This document shows positions 58,198-64,000 of a stretch of DNA of 64,000 bases, piece by piece. The DNA comes from Spirochaetales bacterium. GTDB lineage: Bacteria > Spirochaetota > Spirochaetia > JABEVK01. The notes under the pieces were generated by a model. It ran no database searches and was not told the DNA's origin. It saw nothing but the letters and a program-made list of their open reading frames with translations. The position numbers and the translations under genes were made by a program. The stretch is taken from NCBI GenBank assembly GCA_037142615.1, contig JBAXAI010000001.1, forward strand, positions 32,001-96,000. Direction: 5' to 3'. Every line of letters starts with the position of its first letter. Position 1 is the stretch's first letter.

Positions 58198-59523
58198 ATG
58201 GCGAAACTACCGGTGGTAACAAAGTTAGGGTTCGGGGTGGGGGATATCGGCGGCAACCTGTTCTTCACGGTGCTCAGCTTCTGGGGGATGAAGTACCTGA
58301 CCGACTCGGTTCTCCTCGCCGGGGCCGCGGCGGGGTTTGCCATGAGCGCCGGACGCCTTCTCGACGCCGTGTTTGACCCGGTTCTGGGCCTGCTTTCTGA
58401 CCGTACCCGCACGCGCTGGGGTCGGCGCCGCCCCTACCTGCTCTTCGGCGCTCTGCCGGTGGCGCTGGTGTTTGTCTTCTTCTTCACGGTGCCGAACTCG
58501 CAGGACCAGACCTTCCTGTTCTGGTGGGCCGCCATCACTCTTGTGGTCCTCAACATGACGTTCTCGGTCGTGAACATTCCCTACAGTTCGCTCACCCCCG
58601 AATTGACCACCGACTACGACGAACGGATGAGTCTCGGGGGCTATCGTATGGGTTTTGCCGTCTTGGGAACCATTCTCGGCGCCGTCGCCTTCGGCATGGT
58701 GGCGCAGGCCTATCCCGGCGACGCGCCCCGAGGTTTCTTCCTGGCGGGACTGATCTTCGGCGCGGTCATGGCAGCGAGCACGCTGACGACGGCATTCTCG
58801 GTTCGTGAACCTGAGCGCAAGCAAGGGGAGGCTCCACAGGTTTCGGGCTCTGTGTTCGGCAGCTGGAGGAAAGTTCTTACCAACGGCCCCTTTGTCCTCG
58901 TGATTGTGGGATACGTCGTGAACATTCTGGGCATCACCTTCGTTTCGTCGATGCTTGCCTACTACTTCGAGTACGTGCTGCACGACGCAGGCGCCACGAC
59001 GCTGGCGCTCGGCCTGCTGCTGCTCGTCGCCGCCGCGTTCATTCCTGTCAGTGTGTGGGTCTCGGGCAAGATCGGCAAGATCCGCACCTATCAATTGGCC
59101 ATGGTCCTGTTGGCCGCGGCGTGTGCTCTCATTGGCCTTCTTGGCACCTCGGTCGGTTCGGGAGGCGTACTGGGTATCATGGTCTTCGCCGGCATCGGGA
59201 TGGGCTTTGCCTACGCCCCCCCGTTCGCTCTGGTTCCCGACACCATCGAAGTTGAAGCCAAACGCACCGGATTCCGCGAGGAAGGCTCCTACTACGGCTT
59301 CATGACGTTCAGCACCAAGCTTGGTCAGTCGCTGGCAAGCCTCGTCATCGGAACCGTGCTCGGCCTTTCGGGGTACGCCGCCAACCAGGAACAAACAACC
59401 CAGGCGCTGGATGCAATCCAGTGGATGACCAGCCCGATTCCTGTGGTTCTGTTTCTCGTCGCCGCCGTGATTCTGCAGTTCTACCCGCTCGACAAGAAGA
59501 CCTACGAAACTCTTGTCAAATAG
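58198..59523 (+). CDS. GPH-family (MelB-like) MFS sugar:cation symporter
   Basis: DAVFDPVLG.LSDRTRTRWGRRRPY, NIPYSSL, about 12 TM. Confidence 0.92.
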   Translation: MAKLPVVTKLGFGVGDIGGNLFFTVLSFWGMKYLTDSVLLAGAAAGFAMSAGRLLDAVFDPVLGLLSDRTRTRWGRRRPYLLFGALPVALVFVFFFTVPNSQDQTFLFWWAAITLVVLNMTFSVVNIPYSSLTPELTTDYDERMSLGGYRMGFAVLGTILGAVAFGMVAQAYPGDAPRGFFLAGLIFGAVMAASTLTTAFSVREPERKQGEAPQVSGSVFGSWRKVLTNGPFVLVIVGYVVNILGITFVSSMLAYYFEYVLHDAGATTLALGLLLLVAAAFIPVSVWVSGKIGKIRTYQLAMVLLAAACALIGLLGTSVGSGGVLGIMVFAGIGMGFAYAPPFALVPDTIEVEAKRTGFREEGSYYGFMTFSTKLGQSLASLVIGTVLGLSGYAANQEQTTQALDAIQWMTSPIPVVLFLVAAVILQFYPLDKKTYETLVK

Positions 59524-59528
59524 GCCGT

Positions 59529-62084
59529 TTACAGCAGCTTGTTGAGCCGACGCCAGACACCGTTGACTTCCTTGAAGTCGGCTTTGTCGAGCGATTCGGC
59601 GGCATCGTCGGCCAAGGCTTCGAGGCTGGCGAGGCTGTCGGCCAGGGCCTCGGTGAAGTTCTTGTCGACCCGTACCCAGTATTGTCCTCGGTTGTCGGTG
59701 AGTAACCCCAAAAAGCCCAGAACGGTCGAACCCGGCTTGAGCGGTGCCACCTTCATCAGATCTTCGAGAACCGGAACCAACCCTTTCAACTTGTTCGACG
59801 TGGTGTAGGTCACGCCTTGCGGCCAGTGGACCAGCCTGTCGGCTCGTGGGTCCACCTTGCGGCAAATTTCCAGGATCTTGTTGGCCTTGGTTCCCGAAAG
59901 CAGCGTGCAGCCGTCAATGGCCAGTTCACCCTTCACATTCTTGAGTTCCGGATAGCTCGTCGCTTTCGAGGCGGCTAGAAGCCGTGCAAGCGCGTCCCAC
60001 TCAAAGATCACCACTTTGTTCTTGCCCTTTTCGATCTTGACCGGGAAGACTTCCCGCCCCAGGCGGACCTCCGCATTCGCGTTGGGGCTGCCCGAAGCTC
60101 GAAGGCCCTCGGTGGCACTGACATGGGCGGGTCGTGCCGAACTCTGGCCCCCTGGGCGCTGGCCCGGAGTGACACGCTGAACTCCCTCGCTGGAATACCC
60201 CTTTTCGGCTACCAGCAAGGCGCCCAGTAGTGTGGGGTGGATCCGATGAAGCCATTCCTTTTGTATTGGAGACACCGAGCGGGCGTACATTCGGCTGGTC
60301 TTGACCACCTCGCCTGCCACCAGGAAGGGCGGCGTTTCCTTGAACATCACCGAACCGGGGTGAATGCCAATCTTTTCGGCGGTCAAGCTTCGGTAGATGC
60401 CTCGGCCCGTGTGAATGCACACAAACTGGATCAGGCCCTTGGCGACGGCGCACAGGTAGTCGTCCATTTTGCCGCCGCCCGTGATCGGGATACCCAGCTT
60501 GCTGACGATTTCTTCGAGCTGACCCTGAATATTCACCAGTTCGAGCATGGTCTTGTGATCGAGGTAGGCGTTGGCACAGAAGCGCTCTTTGTTCAACGCG
60601 TTGCCGAATTGCTCGAAAATCCGCAGGTAGCTGACAAAGTCCCCCAGAGGGTCCCGAAACTGGTGATGGGCCCGTCTGGCCTCGATCTCTTCGCCTTGCG
60701 GAAGCAGAAAAGGGGAATCTGTCGAGAGGAAAGTTGCCGCGATTGTCACTTCGCGAAGCACTTCCGGGTAGCGCAAAATGGCCTCGACGATCATGCGGCT
60801 GTGTCGCGGCAGCAGCGGGAACTTCACCATCATCTTGCCGATGGCCGAAAGCGAGTGGTCGCTTTCCAGGGCCTCGAGCAGATTGAGCGCCTCGACCGCC
60901 CCGTGAATGCCCTGCTTCCCGGGCGGGGACAGAAAGTCAAAGCTCTCGAAATCGCGGATTCCCAGTTCGGCCATGCGGAGCACCACCTCGCTGAGGTCAG
61001 TCCGATAGATCTCTTCGAGCGTATACAGGGGCCTGGCGTCGAAATCTTCCTGCGAATACAGACGGTAGCAGGTGCCAGGTCCTGTGCGGCCGGCGCGCCC
61101 TTTGCGCTGCTGACCACCGGCACGGCTCACCGGGTTTTCGATCAGCGCAGAGGTGAAGGTCTTGGGGTTGTAGAAGTTCATCTTCGCCAAACCCGTGTCG
61201 ATCACGGTGGTGATACCCTCGATGGTGACTGAGGTTTCGGCGATGTTGGTCGACAAGACCACCTTGGTCTTCCCCTCCGGAGTCGGCAAGAAAACGCGCT
61301 CCTGCTCCTCACCCGAAAGCCGACCGTAGAGCGGAATCACCCACAGTTTGCGTGCCCACGGCCGCGCCGCCAGCATGCCTGTGGCTTCCTTGATCATCTT
61401 TTCGCCTGGAAGAAAAACGAGAACGTCGCCGGGGAGACCCTTTTCGACCACTCTGCCGACGAGGTCCCCGATCTTGAGCACAATAGCCTCTTCGTCGCCA
61501 ACCACGGACGGCGGTTCGTGAAGGATCTCGACAGCGAAGGTTTGGGTCTCGATATGAATGATCGGTGCGCCGTCGAAGTAGTCCGCAAAGGCCTGACCAT
61601 TGATGGTGGCTGAACTGATGATGACTTTGAAATCCTTGCGGACTTTGAGAATGTTCTTCAGCAAACCCAGGATGAAATCGATGTTGAGGCTCCGCTCATG
61701 CGCCTCGTCGACCATCAGAACTGAATACCCCAGCAACATGGGGTCAGCCTTCATTTCCTGGAGCAAGGTACCATCCGTCATGATCTTCATGCGGGTTTCG
61801 AAGGTCGTCTTGTCCTCAAAACGCATTTTGTAGCCGACCAACCCGGGAATCTTGGTCCCCAATTGTCGGGCGATGTAGTCGCTGACGCTGACGGCGGCAA
61901 TGCGGCGAGGCTGGGTGACACCGATTACGCCCCGGTTCGCGTAGCCGGCCTCGTGGAGAATCAGCGGGAGCTGGGTTGTCTTACCCGAACCAGTGGGACT
62001 TTCGATCACCACAACCGGATGGTCGGCCAGAACAGAAAGGATGCGTTCTTTTTCTCGGTAGACGGGAAGTTGGTGGGGATCCAT
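59529..62084 (-). CDS. hrpA: DEAH-box ATP-dependent RNA helicase (HrpA-like)
   Basis: GSGKTTQ, TQPRRIAA, DEAH, SAT, TNIAETS, QRKGRAGR. Confidence 0.92.
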   Translation of the reverse strand: MDPHQLPVYREKERILSVLADHPVVVIESPTGSGKTTQLPLILHEAGYANRGVIGVTQPRRIAAVSVSDYIARQLGTKIPGLVGYKMRFEDKTTFETRMKIMTDGTLLQEMKADPMLLGYSVLMVDEAHERSLNIDFILGLLKNILKVRKDFKVIISSATINGQAFADYFDGAPIIHIETQTFAVEILHEPPSVVGDEEAIVLKIGDLVGRVVEKGLPGDVLVFLPGEKMIKEATGMLAARPWARKLWVIPLYGRLSGEEQERVFLPTPEGKTKVVLSTNIAETSVTIEGITTVIDTGLAKMNFYNPKTFTSALIENPVSRAGGQQRKGRAGRTGPGTCYRLYSQEDFDARPLYTLEEIYRTDLSEVVLRMAELGIRDFESFDFLSPPGKQGIHGAVEALNLLEALESDHSLSAIGKMMVKFPLLPRHSRMIVEAILRYPEVLREVTIAATFLSTDSPFLLPQGEEIEARRAHHQFRDPLGDFVSYLRIFEQFGNALNKERFCANAYLDHKTMLELVNIQGQLEEIVSKLGIPITGGGKMDDYLCAVAKGLIQFVCIHTGRGIYRSLTAEKIGIHPGSVMFKETPPFLVAGEVVKTSRMYARSVSPIQKEWLHRIHPTLLGALLVAEKGYSSEGVQRVTPGQRPGGQSSARPAHVSATEGLRASGSPNANAEVRLGREVFPVKIEKGKNKVVIFEWDALARLLAASKATSYPELKNVKGELAIDGCTLLSGTKANKILEICRKVDPRADRLVHWPQGVTYTTSNKLKGLVPVLEDLMKVAPLKPGSTVLGFLGLLTDNRGQYWVRVDKNFTEALADSLASLEALADDAAESLDKADFKEVNGVWRRLNKLL

Positions 62085-62102
62085 GGCGCCAGTATGGCCG
62101 AA

Positions 62103-62813
62103 TCAGCGGTGTTTGACCAGAACAGGGGACCACGGGGTCCAACTCTGATTCGTGGGATTGAACAGAAAACTCCAGTCGTCTTCCAAAGGGAAGGCAGCCT
62201 TGACCGGAGAGGCCGTATCACGGAGAACCAGAAGGGCTCCCAACGGTCCGTCTTCTTTCCAAAGCCGTGTTCCCGCATCGTTGGTTTCGGTCCAATAGGG
62301 ACCCGAGTCGACCCGAACAAACTTGCGCTGTGCCTGCGGGGTATCCAGCTCAGGAAGGTCATATTCGACAATATTCAGCGAGTAGGGCTCGTCCAGTTGC
62401 AGGCCGGCCGCTACCGCAGCGTGGGAAAACTCCAGTGAGGGCGGAACCTCGGACCAGCTCGCCACAAGCGCGCTGTCGCCTGAGCGCACCAGCGCCAGCA
62501 CGCTTGCCTTTCCAGAACCCGGAATCGGCGGCAGGTTGGCAGGCCAATCGGCTTCCCAACTGCGAAGACGCAGTGGAACGATCTGCCCGGCCAGCTTCGT
62601 GGTCCAGGAAGGCCATTGAGAAAACATCCGGTCCAACTCCTGAGCAAACGCGGGAGCAGCCGAGCCGGCTACCCACCAAACCAGAAGAGGCTTACCCGTG
62701 ACTTCGGCCGACTTCAAGGCCTCGCTCGGAGCTAGACTCCAGTCGATAGATTGACCGTACAGGGATGCCGCCAGCCAGAAAAGCGCGACGCTCGTGCCGA
62801 GGCGACCTTTCAC
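62103..62813 (-). CDS. hypothetical exported protein with thioredoxin-like N-terminus lacking CxxC
   Basis: signal peptide, then W...EAL..A...GKPLLV; GTG start 2 nt after the response-regulator stop. Confidence 0.6.
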   Translation of the reverse strand: MKGRLGTSVALFWLAASLYGQSIDWSLAPSEALKSAEVTGKPLLVWWVAGSAAPAFAQELDRMFSQWPSWTTKLAGQIVPLRLRSWEADWPANLPPIPGSGKASVLALVRSGDSALVASWSEVPPSLEFSHAAVAAGLQLDEPYSLNIVEYDLPELDTPQAQRKFVRVDSGPYWTETNDAGTRLWKEDGPLGALLVLRDTASPVKAAFPLEDDWSFLFNPTNQSWTPWSPVLVKHR

Positions 62814-62814
62814 G

Positions 62815-63186
62815 TCACTTCAGGAGCGCAAGGATGTTCGAAACAAGCGTGTCGGGAATGATGGGCTTGGTCCAGTAGGCATTGACGCCCGCAGCGGTTG
62901 CGCGGTTCTTGGTGTCGGCGTCACTGAGCGCAGACAGGGCCGCGATCTTGACCCGACTATGGCGAGCATCCCCGCGAATCCGTTTAGCCAACTCGATCCC
63001 GTCCATGCCGGGCATCATGATGTCAAGCACCACGGCCTCAGGTTTGAAGGTCTTGAGGAGGTTCAGGGCTTCGTCACCCGAATGGGCTGTCTGCAGCTCC
63101 CAATCGAGATTCTTTGACTTGAGGATGAGCTTCAGCATCATGTTCAGGTTCTTGTCATCTTCGACGATCAGGATTTTGATTCCCAC
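62815..63186 (-). CDS. single-domain response regulator (CheY-like)
   Basis: ILIVEDD, LDIMMPGMDG, SA, KP; GTG start after AGGAG. Confidence 0.92.
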   Translation of the reverse strand: MGIKILIVEDDKNLNMMLKLILKSKNLDWELQTAHSGDEALNLLKTFKPEAVVLDIMMPGMDGIELAKRIRGDARHSRVKIAALSALSDADTKNRATAAGVNAYWTKPIIPDTLVSNILALLK

Positions 63187-63266
63187 AGTTGAACTCCTAT
63201 TATATCCAACTCCAATTTGGTGGGTGACCGCCAACTTGTCAAGCAACATTCCCCTGCTGCCGCCAC

Positions 63267-63295
63267 TTGACAGGCACAAGGACCGGGCTTAAGGT
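63267..63295 (+). promoter_or_regulatory. sigma70 promoter of the leuA leader
   Basis: TTGACA-17 nt-TAAGGT, 5 nt before ATG 63301. Confidence 0.75.
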
Positions 63296-63300
63296 GGCTC

Positions 63301-63366
63301 ATGATCTCGATGATGCCTACCTCGCGCAATGTCAACCTCCTTCTTCTCCTTTTTTGTCCTCGTTGA
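63301..63366 (+). CDS. leucine attenuator leader peptide (MISMMPTSRNVNLLLLLFCPR)
   Basis: five consecutive Leu codons CTC CTT CTT CTC CTT upstream of a terminator and leuA. Confidence 0.8.
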   Translation: MISMMPTSRNVNLLLLLFCPR

Positions 63367-63391
63367 CGGAAGAAAATGTACCTTTGCGAAG

Positions 63392-63425
63392 GCCGTTCTT
63401 CCCCCCGAAGAGCGGCTTTTTTTTT
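63392..63425 (+). terminator. attenuator terminator upstream of leuA
   Basis: GCCGTTCTTC-CCCCC-GAAGAGCGGC then T9; the upstream GGAAGAA can pair with TTCTTCC as antiterminator. Confidence 0.85.
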
Positions 63426-63579
63426 GGCTTCGGGGATCGTTTTTGCGCTGCAAAGGAGAGATTGGATGACAACGTGTTCGCGGCCGACGTTCTTTGCTTC
63501 TCTGTGTTTGCTCAAGCTTTGGCGGCGGGGTTGAGCCCCGCGAACGGCACCCCACGACGAACTTGTAAGGAGAACAACC

Positions 63580-64000
63580 ATGCTGAAACAACCCAACACG
63601 AAATACCAAGCCTTTAGCCCCATCGGCCTGAAAGACCGCACCTGGCCCGACAAGACGATCACGACACCGCCTGTCTGGTGCAGTTCCGACCTGCGTGACG
63701 GCAATCAGGCGCTGATCGAGCCCATGGACCCGGTCCGCAAGAAGAATCTTTTTCAGGTGCTGACCACGATCGGTTTTCAAGAAATCGAAGTGGCCTTCCC
63801 TTCGGCGAGTCAAACCGACTTCCAGTTTGTCCGTGACCTGATTGAAGACAAGCTCATTCCCGAGGGCGTATGGATTCAGGTCCTCGTCCAGGCCCGTGAA
63901 GATCTGATTGTGCGTACTTTTGAAGCGGTCAAAGGCGCCAAGAACGTCATTGTCCACTTCTACAACGCGACAAGTCCGTTGTTCCGAAACGTCGTTTTCG
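63580..64000 (+). CDS. leuA: 2-isopropylmalate synthase (5' part, runs off the window)
   Basis: [49 protein letters not shown]; AAGGAG SD; absent from the ORF track because it has no stop in the window. Confidence 0.95.
   Translation, partial: MLKQPNTKYQAFSPIGLKDRTWPDKTITTPPVWCSSDLRDGNQALIEPMDPVRKKNLFQVLTTIGFQEIEVAFPSASQTDFQFVRDLIEDKLIPEGVWIQVLVQAREDLIVRTFEAVKGAKNVIVHFYNATSPLFRNVVF

Overview
GC-rich chromosomal window, most likely from a free-living spirochaete (inferred from a giant SpiroCoCo-like coiled-coil protein and spirochaete-style NFACT, phosphohexomutase and conserved hypothetical proteins). It is densely coding (about 60 CDS) and mostly housekeeping: gpsA, trpS, murD, pyrK/pyrD, folate genes, dapL, rpmE type B, pcnB, hisF/hisH, ileS, hisS, aroB, an HrpA-like helicase and the 5' part of leuA. 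It also carries a sugar ABC transporter with a divergent GH3 hydrolase and a nine-gene type II fatty-acid synthesis operon containing both FabA and FabZ. I saw no rRNA, tRNA, CRISPR array, IS element or prophage. The most striking signals are regulatory: (i) a recurring -10 hexamer 5-6 nt before start codons that lack a Shine-Dalgarno sequence, suggesting widespread leaderless mRNAs; (ii) a sigma54-type hsp20 cassette inside the folate cluster, followed by a structured spacer with a 32-codon leaderless uORF coupled to folE; (iii) a leuA attenuator with a leaderless Leu5 peptide plus a second Leu-rich small ORF. All functional calls come from motif recognition by eye; no database search was run.
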